Below, piece after piece: positions 11,243 to 23,300 of a stretch of DNA of 64,000 bases (positions within the stretch are counted from its first letter, which is position 1; every line of letters begins with the position of its first letter). The notes under the pieces were generated by a model, which saw only the letters and a program-made list of their open reading frames with translations, had not been told where the DNA came from and did not search any database. The stretch is from the IMG/VR virus record IMGVR_UViG_3300032282_005033, positions 15,501 through 79,500 of that record; one strand, 5' to 3'. A program made the translations under genes and the position numbers. This DNA comes from a virus.

Positions 11243-11928
11243 TTATCCAAATCGTTTGTAATCCAAGGGAAATTTTGGGTATTATTAGCTTTACCCAGGT
11301 CATTATTATTAACCTTTTCTAACGCTGTAGCAAACGAATAACCCTCTTCCATATAACCCTTAATTAAATCTACTTCAGAATCAGAATGTGTTTTTGCATA
11401 ATTGTCAAGCAATGTTTTTTGCTCAAACGACATACCTGATGGGTCTTCAGTTGGTTCTTCAGTTTGCTTTTGTGCTATTCCAAGGCCATATTCTCCAATA
11501 ATAGTAATAGGAGTGATGACTTGGTCTTCGGTAAAATCTTGTAAATTATTTAAATAATGGTTAGTCCTATGATAGGCCGGATTGTTTAAAAAGTCTCCAG
11601 TTTTTAAAAGAGCTGGCTCATTATACACATCAGATGCTGGATTAAAAGATTTATCATTCCATCTCAGTCCATCATCATCTCTACAAAAGAATTTTATTGA
11701 ATCTGCAAAAAACGAAATACTTCTAGTATTTGGGTTTATAACAATACCTATACCAGGTGCTGCAAATATCTCTATCTCCCCACCATCAGCTATTCTCATA
11801 AAGCCCTTATTGTCTGGATGGGTTAAGCCAACTTCTCTATGGGAAAATTCTTTTCTTTTTTTTAATTCCGCAGATTCATTAAATACATTGGACATTTTAT
11901 TTTCTGGTTGGTCTGAATTATAAATCAT
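11239..11928 (-). CDS. Putative baseplate spike/puncturing-associated protein
   Basis: Beta-rich segment GFMRIADGGEIEIFAAPGIGIVINP; located between the OB-fold gene and gp25. Confidence 0.45.
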   Translation of the reverse strand: MIYNSDQPENKMSNVFNESAELKKRKEFSHREVGLTHPDNKGFMRIADGGEIEIFAAPGIGIVINPNTRSISFFADSIKFFCRDDDGLRWNDKSFNPASDVYNEPALLKTGDFLNNPAYHRTNHYLNNLQDFTEDQVITPITIIGEYGLGIAQKQTEEPTEDPSGMSFEQKTLLDNYAKTHSDSEVDLIKGYMEEGYSFATALEKVNNNDLGKANNTQNFPWITNDLDK

Positions 11929-11930
11929 TT

Positions 11931-12294
11931 TTACACCATAAACTTAGGTATGCCACTATCAATTGAAGTATTTCTCATATTTTTGTGGGATTGCGGTTCG
12001 TTAAAATACATCATTATATAAGGTTCATTTTCATGTTCATCCCTAAACCCAACCAAGCAACGGGTTCCAGGAGATGGGGCAACAGACTGGACGCCATAGG
12101 TAAATGGGCAAGGTACATTGGGTAACATATTTCCGTATTGAACTTGAAAACTTTTCATCAACCATAACTGTCGCTGTATTTTGGCCAGAATTATATATCA
12201 TGATTGTTCCAGGCCTAGTTTTATTTCCCTTAAACTTTGCATCTTCTATGTGATCAAATATTTTTTTATCAAATTTTGGATATTTAATTACCAT
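11931..12294 (-). CDS. gpV/gp5 N-terminal OB-fold-like baseplate protein, ~120 aa when joined at CGG-A (12135)
   Basis: ORFs 12043..12294 and 11931..12161 join as ...RPGTIMIYNSGQNTATVMVDEKFSSSI-GNMLPNVPCP...APSPGTRCLVGFRD..., the typical spike OB-fold pattern (G.I..yd..., P..G..vlV.F). Confidence 0.7.
12132..12135 (-). other. +1 frame-change site 2 (AUA CGG A)
   Basis: In-frame CGG at codon 54. Skipping the C restores one coherent OB-fold gene. Confidence 0.8.
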
Positions 12295-12296
12295 AA

Positions 12297-14385
12297 TTAT
12301 ACCTCATTTCCTTGATCATCAAATTCTGTACCAGCCATCCATTTTTCTATATACGGATATGGTTTTTGATTTTTAAACTTTTCTCTTACCCAAGTTTTAA
12401 GACCATCAATAGATCCACCAACACTTTGATATGCACTTACTGCTGTAGCAAATTTTATATTAAAAATAAAACCAACGGTACTTCTACTTTTACCTTTCCA
12501 CTCATAGTCTCCCCATGCAGCAAACAGATAACTATTTAATGGTTTATTATTTTTAATTGCGTTTGCCGCTTGCACCTCACCAGCAGCTGCCGTACCTAAC
12601 ATTAATGCTTGGTTATATGGGATAAAAACTCTTGAATCTATTGTTTGTTCACTGCCTAAATCAATTAGTTTTTTAGATAAACTTGTTGGGTCATTATCTG
12701 AGTCTACGCTATAACCTAACTTATAACCTAAAACAGAATCATCTGATGGATACTTTAAAACAAACTTCTTTGGACCGTGTCCTCCAGGAAGTAAAGTAAT
12801 TTGAAACATAGTAACAGAAAAGTCGCCTCCAGAAGTTTTTAGATTAAGGGCTGCTGGTCTACTGCTTCCTTCTCTTACTGAGATTGCTGTAAAAATAGCT
12901 GCCATTTCTGGACTAAACATTCCCGAAGTAGACAATAACGCCATAACCTCATCTGGTGTAAGACTTTCATTTACTTTACCTTTATAATTATTCTTGAATT
13001 TATCTACATCTACATTAGTAGATCCGGTATTTCCACCTAGAGGCATTCCTGTTAGTTCCGAAGCTATTTCTGGAGTAATAAAAGACCCAGCTCTTTGAGG
13101 GCTAAAACTTATGTGTATATGATTTCTGTGAGAAGAATCCACGCCAAAGTTAACGAATGGAGCTAATTTAGGATACTTTAATCTTATTGCAGAGTTTGCG
13201 TTTTCTAAACCATCTTCTATACCAAACTCAGATCTTAATTGATCGTGTATAACTATAAGGTCTGGATGAAGATCCCAGGAGATTGTTTGAAGATTTGTCA
13301 AAAGACAATCTAATGCTTTTCTATAATTGTCAACTGCAACTCCTGTAGGGATTTTTTGTGCTGCACTTGTCCCTACATTGGGCATTATATCGAACCCTCT
13401 GCCAAAAGCATGATCGCTGACACTGTGATTCTCTGCCGATAGAGTACTAAAGTTTGGTCCAATAATTGCTCTCCAGCCCATACCTCCTTCAATATACATT
13501 CTATTAGTTAATTGTAATAACAACTCTAATAATGCTGCGGAGGGATAACATAATTTTGATCCACCACCTAAATACTGTGTTGGTACAGCTTGAGCCTCCA
13601 TAGATCCGCTAACGTAACTTGCCTCTTGTGTTATCTCAAAGCCTAGTGCACCTAAATTTTGTCCCTCATGTTTTACCCCACTACTATCTGTATATGAGTT
13701 ATCATTAAAATTTATTGATGCATTTGAAACTGTACCCTTAAAATTTTCTTTACTGTTTAACTCAGCCATTTTTTGAGCATAGACATCTTTTTCTTGTTGC
13801 GTTAACAATTCTTGTAATGCTATTGGTCTACTCCCACCATTAAGGGTTTGAGCATTAGGCGCAGATACATATCCTTGAACGGTATGTGCAAGTGCTTGTC
13901 CGCATGTCTGTTGTTACAACTCCACCTGATTCTCCTGGTTGAATCGTAAAATTGATAATTGAATCATTTAATGCCCTCATCGTTCCCTCAAAACCAGAAG
14001 GAGCAATACCAGTATTGAGTATAGTTTGTTTTGCTATTTCCATTTTTGCTGCAGCTCCGGTCAATGGAGCTCCATTTGGGTCATTAGGATCTGTTATTTT
14101 AATGTCATCATTTATATCTGCCATTGAGGCTATTATCCCATGCATTGCGGACTGTGTGCTTTGCGTATAAGAATTAAGTGCAAAAGCTGGGTTCCTATAA
14201 ATTCCATCTCCTTGTAATATTTTTACTGGGTCAGAACTTCTTAGGGTTCTATCCTCATAGGATAGTTGAGACATGCTAGTATTTTTAATAACCATTTCTC
14301 CATTTGGATAATAGAGATTACTAAGTCTGTCCGTTAGCCCCTGCGTACTATTAAGATCTGATGGATTTATATTTGTATCTGACAT
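12297..14385 (-). CDS. Tail-associated cell-wall hydrolase (peptidase M15-like Zn domain plus lytic transglycosylase-like domain), ~695 aa when joined at CGG-A (13902)
   Basis: SDHAFGRGFD...HRNHIHISF gives the H-x6-D...HxH pattern. AISVREGS...GDFSVTMFQI...AAWG gives an SLT-like Glu and a GLFQI-like motif. The join reads VVTTDM-GQALAHTVQGYVSAP...ELLTQQEK. Confidence 0.75.
13899..13902 (-). other. +1 frame-change site 3 (AUG CGG A)
   Basis: In-frame CGG at codon 162. The +1 frame has TAA ~5 codons upstream and the 0 frame stops 15 codons later. Confidence 0.85.
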
Positions 14386-14395
14386 TTTTACCTAT

Positions 14396-17300
14396 TTACG
14401 TTGGATTTACTTTTACTAATTCTGGATTCAAACTACTATTTAATGCTGGACCAGAAATATAATTTAAAGTTTCAGTATATACTCTGGCTAAGTTATTTAC
14501 AACTAACTCCCAGTTAAGCGTTATAGGAGAGCCATCATCATAGTACTCATCCCAACTAACTACTGGCCATTCTGAAGCTTTATCATAAACTTTTTCAAGT
14601 ATAAGTAAATTAACTAAAACATCAAAAGATCTTAATTCAAGTTGGGTTAACTTACCAAGTGGATCTCCAGTTTCTGGAAGATGTTCAGGATCAATTTCTA
14701 AGTATTCACTATATTTGCCATTCTGATAATTGACTGAAGTTGTTTTTAATAAGTTGTCATACTCTAAATAAAGTGTATCAAATCTAGTTGAAATTACAGA
14801 AGCTGGGTTAATAAGTTCTTTAGCTTTATCTTTTACATAAAGAATTGAATCTGACGTACCTTCTGGTATTGCCAAGAAAATTGATTTTAATTTATTAATT
14901 ATATTTTGTTTTGAATTTGGATCTGTTTTATAAAACACAGTACCCATGTATCTATGCTCGCTATAGTTGCTTGCGTTTGGCTCTCTTGCTATTGAGTAGT
15001 TGGCAATATTATTTTTTGTAGCTCCAGCCTCTAAATCATCTGCAGTAAGAATCATGTCTGGCCTATTTGGATTAATTCTTAAAGCAATTAATTTATTATA
15101 AACTCTTTCATTAGTAAACACTAAAGCTTTTGACGCCGAAGATTGTGGATCAACAACAGCTATATCTTGCGATACAGTTATTTTGTCTAATTCTGCTGTG
15201 TTTATTCCATCAAAACGAATAGCATATGGTTCTTTTATGTTTCCAAGAACATCAACAACTTCAAACGTGTCACCGTCTCTAACATGAGTAACCCTGACTA
15301 TTGTTTTGAAATATTGATTCAGCCCAGTTTTTTCTGGACCCAACCCAGAATATTTCAACAACTCTGCGTGAACTATAGCGTTTTCTAAACTTGTATATCT
15401 AACTAAATTAGATATTTGCTTTTCTTTCCAACCTAATGACTTAAGAAGATCGTCTGATCTAATCCAGGCATAACCGCTTTCTGATTTTACATTGGTTTTT
15501 ATTCCTAAAGCTTTTGGTAAAAGTCTCTTTGTACTTGCTCTGCCAACGACCATTCCTTGGAAATTAGATAAACCAGCATCCATAGCTTGACCATTTTTAC
15601 TTAAGTATTGGATATAGCATCCGTGTTGGTCAAGTACATTATCTCTTACCCATTTCCAAGCACCCCACGCAGCATCGGTGAGTAGGGCGCCTGCACCAGC
15701 AACCATACCAGAGACTATGGGCCCTGCAGGCATAGTGGCTATTGTTGCTGCGGCTGTTACAACCGGCATAACAATTCCTGCAACGATAGCTGCCCCAGCT
15801 TGATTGCCTTGATTGCCAGTACTAGCTTTTATCATTTCTTTAATTTTTGCAGATCCTTCTGGCATAGTGTCGGCCACTTGATTTGCCTGAATGTCTTTTA
15901 ATAGCGCTGAATGTCCATGGGTATATTGTATGCCACCCATCATTTGATCTTTAAGCAAATCGCTTAAATGGTCAACAGAAACTTCACCAGTCATTGTTGT
16001 AAGTGGATTATTTGATTTACTTGATAATAACATTCTTGTATCGTTTCTTAAGTTTTGCATACTGAACCTTGATGCTATCCAAGACGACATGAACCATCTT
16101 GCTGGGTCATTAACTGTAACAAAGGCATTTGGTTTTATGCTGGTTATAAAACCAGTTTCTGGGGTAAAATGATGAACTACTTGCTCTACTTCAAATATGC
16201 CATACATTCTTTCATAAACATCAGCAAGATAGACCAAATCATGAGGTCTAATATCAGTATTGCCAATAACTATTATTTCCCCATCATAAATATCTTTCAA
16301 AGACTCTTTAAGATGAGCTAATGCAACTCTTCTTGCAGAAAGTTCATCTGGATCTCCCGATGCTGCTTTAGCTATACCTCTAGCTGTTTGCAGAGGGTGA
16401 AATATGGGATGTAGTATTCCCCATACGCCTTCGCCCTTAACGTTATCAAAATATAAACCAGTTTCAACAGTTTTTTCAACTTGTTTTTCTGGTGGAGCTG
16501 ATTTGTCTAATGAAACAGTAACTGGATATTTCCCATCTGATACAGCTGTTATTTGAGTTGCTATACCACCAGTATTTTCTTTTATGTTATTGCTTAATAT
16601 ATGCGTAAACGAACTTATATAATGTAATCTTTGGAATGGTTCTCTAACTTCAACTACTGGTTCACCATATTCTCTGGTGAATGGATTATCAACAGCGCGT
16701 AACAGTGTGCCGGGTCTACCTAGTGAATAATAAATTGAATCATTATAAGCTTTGTTTAATATATTTGCTTGTTTTGTAAAATTCTCTAATTCATTTAATC
16801 CATAACCCATTTGAGCCATAGACATCCTAAACATGTTGAGCAAATTACCAAGAGAAGCCGTAAACGCATGATATATCGGGCCTATATTCCTATTCCAAAA
16901 ATTATTAGCGTCTTCTGCAACACCTTGGATCCAGTTACTTGAACCATTACCTTCATGGGCATTTTTTTGTAACAATGATTTAAGCTTACTATCACTTGTT
17001 GAATATTCTGCTTTATAATCTATAAAGGCTGCCCATATTTTGTCGACAGGTCTAAAGCTCCATTGATCGTTTTCGTCATTGCCAATGTTAAATCCAGCTA
17101 CTACTGGTGCCAACACAGGCATCGTGCCCATAACAAACTGAGTTGTTCCACTTGGATTAAAACGTTTTTTATCTGGTCTTAAAACTAACCATGCCCTAGA
17201 GTATGGGTCTTTCCAAAGTTTTTGCCTAAATAAACCAACCATCATCAAATAAAGTTTTTTGGGTGTGTCTATTTTAGCTAGCATTTTTTGTGCATCTTCG

Positions 17301-20300
17301 TTATGTTTATTCGCACTTGCCCCAGGTTCATTATAGGTGCTATATTCGTAAGACTTAAGACTGTTTTCAACTAAGTTACTTATGGCTTTTACTTTTCTAA
17401 CTATTAATTCGTTATACAAATCAACTAATCCAGCGTCTTGATTTAAGACTCTTTGTCCAGTATTTTCATCTATTACATACCCAGCATCAACGTATTCGGT
17501 AACAGCTATATTAACTGCTGATTGTTTTGCTGCTGTTTGAGCATTAAGTGTTGAGGTCCAGTCTGCTCCAAGCAAAGTAGAAAATTCATTACTTCTTGGA
17601 TCTGCACCAAATTCTTCAAGCACATCTGTTTTACCCTTAGACAAAAGTTGGAACAATGCATCGTTAGATGGTTCGTTATCATCAGGATCTAATTGAAATA
17701 TTGTTTGGAATATATTTTTTACCGAATCATAATTATGATATCCATACCTAAATTGATCCCAAATTTCTTCAGCTTCTTTTACTGTTCTCCCATTGCCTGC
17801 AATAGTTTTAGTTTTACTATCAAAATTTTCATCATAATAACCTCTAGCGATTACAGATATATTGTCGGTAACATCATAAACAGAAGCAAAGTTATCAAAC
17901 TTTTTATTCTTTCTATCATCTTTTACTTTGTCTAAAAGTTTATCTTGTGCCAAATCATTTAAATCTCCATCCATAACAGTAGAGTAATATTGGAGATAAT
18001 TTCCACCCAATTCCCATTCTTTAGCCCAGTCTATATCTGTTTTGATAGCTAAAACATCATCATACGTAAATTCATTTTTAATTATAACTCCGCTTTGAAG
18101 ATTTTCTTTTCCACCCATTCTTGTGTCAACACCAGCTGTAGCTGAAGCCATTTTTGCTGGTAATACAGTACCAGTCAATCCACCCCATTGGTTATAGGCT
18201 ATGTCGCTAAGAGTAGTATTATCTTCAGCTGCTTTAAAGGCACCAAAACCTATCAGCATTGTGTCTTCGGATATATTTTTATCATAACTAAATCTATTTG
18301 AAGGGTTAAATTGACTTGTTACAACTCCTACTGGAGTGCTATCATCTACAAAGGTAAACATGCACTCAGTAAGATTTTTTTCTGCCATTCCAAGTTGAGC
18401 CCATTGGTCATTGGTACTATTACTTACTTCGGGGCCACCCATTTCTTTACCAGCAGCTGATGAAACTACTCCTATGTTTTCTAAAGGAGAAAGAATTTGT
18501 CCTTTATCATTAATTAATAAACCCAAGAAATATGCAGCGTCAGGAGATATTATCGCATCAATTTTATTGCTTCCAGAACCATCAGCTTCAGTTTTGCCCC
18601 AAAGAAAATAAGCTGGCGTACAAACAACTGCAGTCTTTTTTTCTGGGTTATATACCAAGACTTTTCTTTTCTTATAATCTTCTGGAGAACCAGCTAAATC
18701 TTCTTCTCTAATGTTATACATATTCAAGAATTTTTTAAGAGTGTCTCTTCTTGCATCTGGACCAACTGGAAGATCTACTGCTTTTGATTTAGCTCCTGGC
18801 CATGTTGGGGACAAAGCTTCTCTTGCTTTTATCGAACTTTCTGAAGTTGGATCGTATGGCCATCTCATAGCAATATAAAATTGTTCATCATCTGCGTTTT
18901 TTGGCATTCCCCATTCGGTAAAGTTAATGCTCAATGAAGGAAATCTACTGTTAGACAATTGATATGCTGGATCTAAGTCATCAAAATATTTTGTAAACTT
19001 CTCATTTAAGTAAACAGACTCACCTATTGCTCCATCTATGTCTCCGGCATTGGCAAAGTCTGCAAATGGTACCGGCATTCTTACTGTTTGACTTGCATTT
19101 ATTTGGCCAAGTCCTGCTTTTGGATCATATATTCCAGAAGGGTCAAATGCTGCTTGGTTTATTAATATATCTTGTATACCCATTAATGGAAGCTTTGCTG
19201 CAAAGTTAAAATTAAAATCTAATGTTGGCTCATCGTCTCCTGGTTTTTGGGAGACTAATGCTGTTTTTTCTGTGTCCTTATCTTTAATTACTAGATTTTT
19301 ATCTATCAAAGAAACTTTAACAAGACTAGCAACGCTTTGTATCAAGTTTTCTTGTTTTGCTCCGTGAACTATTTTGTCAAAATCTAAAGATGGCAAAGTA
19401 CCAGAAACTCTATTTGTAAAAAATGGATAAGAAAATCTTATCGGCAGCATTGGTATTTGCTGGTGGTCTTGCTGTATACTCATGTCTATACCAGTACCAG
19501 CTTTATTAAACGGTAAGTGGAAACCTACTTGCACCTTTCCTTTATTAACTGGTAGTCTTGATTTTACTTTTCCATATTCGTAATAAGCGTTTCTGCCTTT
19601 ATCGGAAAAGTTTATAATTCTGCCCTTAAGTTTTCTGCCAGCTTTAAAAACACCAGACATATTAATCATATCTTTAGATATATTTGCTATGTCTTCGGAA
19701 ATACTACTTTCTTTATTCTGCAGAGAAGCTAAGGCATCTGCGTTTGGCGTCATTTCTTTATTAACGCTTAACAATATTTTCTGCAGTGAATCATCAGGTT
19801 CTATATATCCCGGTATAGTAGATCCCTCTTTTTTAGCCTGCTCTTCATTTGGAAATCCTGTTGAAACTGGAAACACGCCAGATGTGTAAAGCCAGTGTGG
19901 TTTTCCGTAAAATATTGTAGACCTATCTTCAAAGGGTCTTACTGCAACAATATAATTTGGAAGTAACTTTGCGCACATTTGGAACATATCCCAAACACTT
20001 CTCATGTATGTTTGTGCTCTAAATGATACTTCATCATATATGTCATCATCTGAATCACTCATTAACCCTAATGTTTTCATAATATTACTTGCGCCTCTTC
20101 CATTGAGTGACTTAAGCAATCCCACACCTAAAAACATTCCAGCTAATGGATTATACGAACCAACCGCACCAGAAATACCGCCTGATATTACTTTTGATAA
20201 ACCTATTGAGTGACTTGAATTAACCAATTTATTTTGCGATGTAGCTTGATCTAAAACAACCGACGCATCGAGGCCACCAGGTTTAGAAGATTGATCAATT

Positions 20301-23300
20301 AAATTAGACCATGTATCATTCGATAATCTATTTAAATATCCAAATTTTTCTTGATCAACACTTGAAATATCAATACTAGCCATAGTTGCCCAACCATCAT
20401 CAAGGTCTCCTCCAAGGAACTGAGCTACTCCGACTCCATTGCCTGGGTATATGTTTCGTTTAAATATTTCAAGGTCTCTTTGAGTACTAAAATTACCCCA
20501 TAAAGATTGCATAGCTCCAACTACAGGAGTTCTAACAGAACCTCCAGCACTTTCCATACCAACGTTTCCACCAATGCCAGGTGATAAGCCGGCGGTAGTC
20601 ATAGCTAAAGATGATGACCCAGCTATCAATGCACCACCAGTAATTAAATTAGCTGCTGAGTTCCAAGCTAAACCTACTGACCCAGATATTGGATTATTTC
20701 CAATTGCGTTGAAAGCATTAATAACGCTTTGCCTGTATTGATCGTGCTTTGCTTGTTCTTCTGGAGTTAATGGAGCATAGAGTATAGAACCAAAATGTCT
20801 TATGCCAAATTTATTTTCAGAAAAAACTGCTCCTCTTGTAGCGTGCGAAAAAGCTTCTCTCATTCTTGAAGCACCCATTGAGAGAAGTCTCACCATTAGG
20901 TCTCTAGGTTCTGACATCCAAAGTCCAGTGTTTATTCCTCCATCAATCTTACCGCTATCTCCCTTTTTCTTTGTACTATTAATTATAGGACTTAACTCTA
21001 CAGCGTCTGACTGAGCGGTGATAGTCATAATTTCACCATGCTCTACTTCTGCGATAACACCATTAAACACTGTTTGCAGTGAGTTTGGGTTAGATCCATA
21101 ACCAGCTCTTAAATGCACTCTTACACCTGGTTTTAATCTTATATGATCTATTTCAGTAACATATTTAGAACTCATATGCGACTTTATATTCATGGATCTT
21201 GTTATCAACGTATCTATTATTTGAGCTGTACCGCTGCTTAAGTTAACTGTATTTAAAGATCCAGTACCAATATTTTGCGTTAATTCTCCATTAAGATCTA
21301 CTATGCTGCTTATTGTAGCTTCAGGTCTTGATAATTTAGAATAAGTATTAGATAATCTAAGAACCAGAGTGTCTCCTAAAATATCTTCAGATTGAACAAT
21401 TGAAAAATCTATTATTGATTGAAGTCCATAAAAATTATCAAATAATTTAACACCAGCAAAGTAATTAGAATCATCAATTAACCACAACATATATGTGGGG
21501 AAAGCCCTTAACATTCTGCCAGTAGTATCTCTATACTGAGTATCAAGCATCATTTTTTGCCAGTGTTTTGCAACTCCCTTGTGTGTTCCAGCTGATTGAA
21601 CAGACTGCATCTTATCTGTTTGGTCTGATCCATATGCGTGTGTTGTTTGGCTTAATGAGGCTGCTCCTACAACTCCAGTATGGCTAACTTGTGAATCTCT
21701 TTCTGGGGCTTGGGTATCTGAAATTTTTGTAACTTGAGAAGTAGGAGTCAATTTTCCGTCTGAACTCAATCTTAAGAAGTCTTGTGCTATGTAGAATCTT
21801 CCATCTTTTTTATTTGAATACCCCATAACATAACCACCGTCGGGTGTTTGATATATGGCCGGTATCTTATCTGTTGTACCAGAGTCTGCTGCTGGTATCA
21901 AATGCATGACACCAAAATGATCAACATCATCTGGATCAAACGATGGTAATTCGTTTTTATCTTTTTCTGTGTCAAGTGTAATTAATTTATTAAACTTGTC
22001 CATTTCCTCTTTGGATCCAGATACCAAATCTCCTATCTTGAAGTCTCCGTATCTAGTGTTAAATTTAATATCTTCAAATTTATAATCAATATCTTCATCA
22101 CTTTGGAATGAATCAATCATGTCTTTCCAAAGAGTTGGATACTTATTGGCAATGAATCTACTTGACTGTAAATCGGTTTGGAACTCTGGTTCAGACTGTT
22201 GATCAAATATTGCTATTCTAAAAATCTTCATTGCTTCTGCTGCTGGAAGTTTTTCGTCATCAATTAAATATTTTTTAACAGCGTTATAATCACCGCTACT
22301 TTCTATTAACATTTTCTTTACAAAATAAACGTATGATTTACCTCTATCGTTAAGATGAGTTTTTTCATCTTGCCATTCTCCAGTTGGTATAGTATATTGG
22401 TGCGGTTCTACAATGCTGTTTACAACATCATTATCAAACATTTCAAATGATCTAAAATAATAATCTGGATCCATAGAACCAACAACTAGCTTTGTATCTG
22501 GATCAACAACGCTCAGCGGCATGTCAGGATACGCATTGATCATATCCCATCTCTGTTTAAGTCTTAAGAATGGATTTCTTTTTGTCCCAAATGTTTTGAT
22601 AAAATCAATTTGTTGTTCAGAACTAATGTTTTCTCTCTTTTGCTGGAATATATCAAAGTCGGCCAGCATCAGGTTTACATTGTAAACATGCGGGTATCCA
22701 GGAACAGTGTCAACTGTAAAACTGATTGGTAATACATACTTGACCCCAGATAGGGCTGTTATTATGTTTTTAATTCCCATAAATCCTATGACACCAGCAG
22801 CGTGTTCCAGCCTAGCTAAACCACTTAAGAAATCAAACATCTTTTTTATTTTTGTTAATTCTTTTTCTCCAAAAACAGTTAAAGAAATACTTATCATAGT
22901 GTCTTTGGAACCTATGTGTTGGAATGTAGGCTCTTCTTGCATTTGAAGTTGCATTTTGGCCAAGTTATTGCCCATACTAAGACTAACAGAATTTACTATA
23001 ACAGAGTTTGGATCAAGATCCACTTTCATCATAGGGACTTCCCATTCTTTTATGGTAAATGCTGGAAGACCAAGTTGGTTTGATTGTTTTATAGCTGCTT
23101 GTCCTAATAAAGATTTAATGCCTTCATCCTTAAAAGTTCTTTCATAAAGCAGTATCGTAAAGGCATCCATGAATTTCTTTTCTTCAACTGCATGAAGAGA
23201 GATCCATTCTTTTGAAGTTTTATCTATTATATCAACTTTTCTTTTTCTCAAAATTGCTTCAACGTTATTGGTTATACTTTGTGATAATAGTCCATCAACA

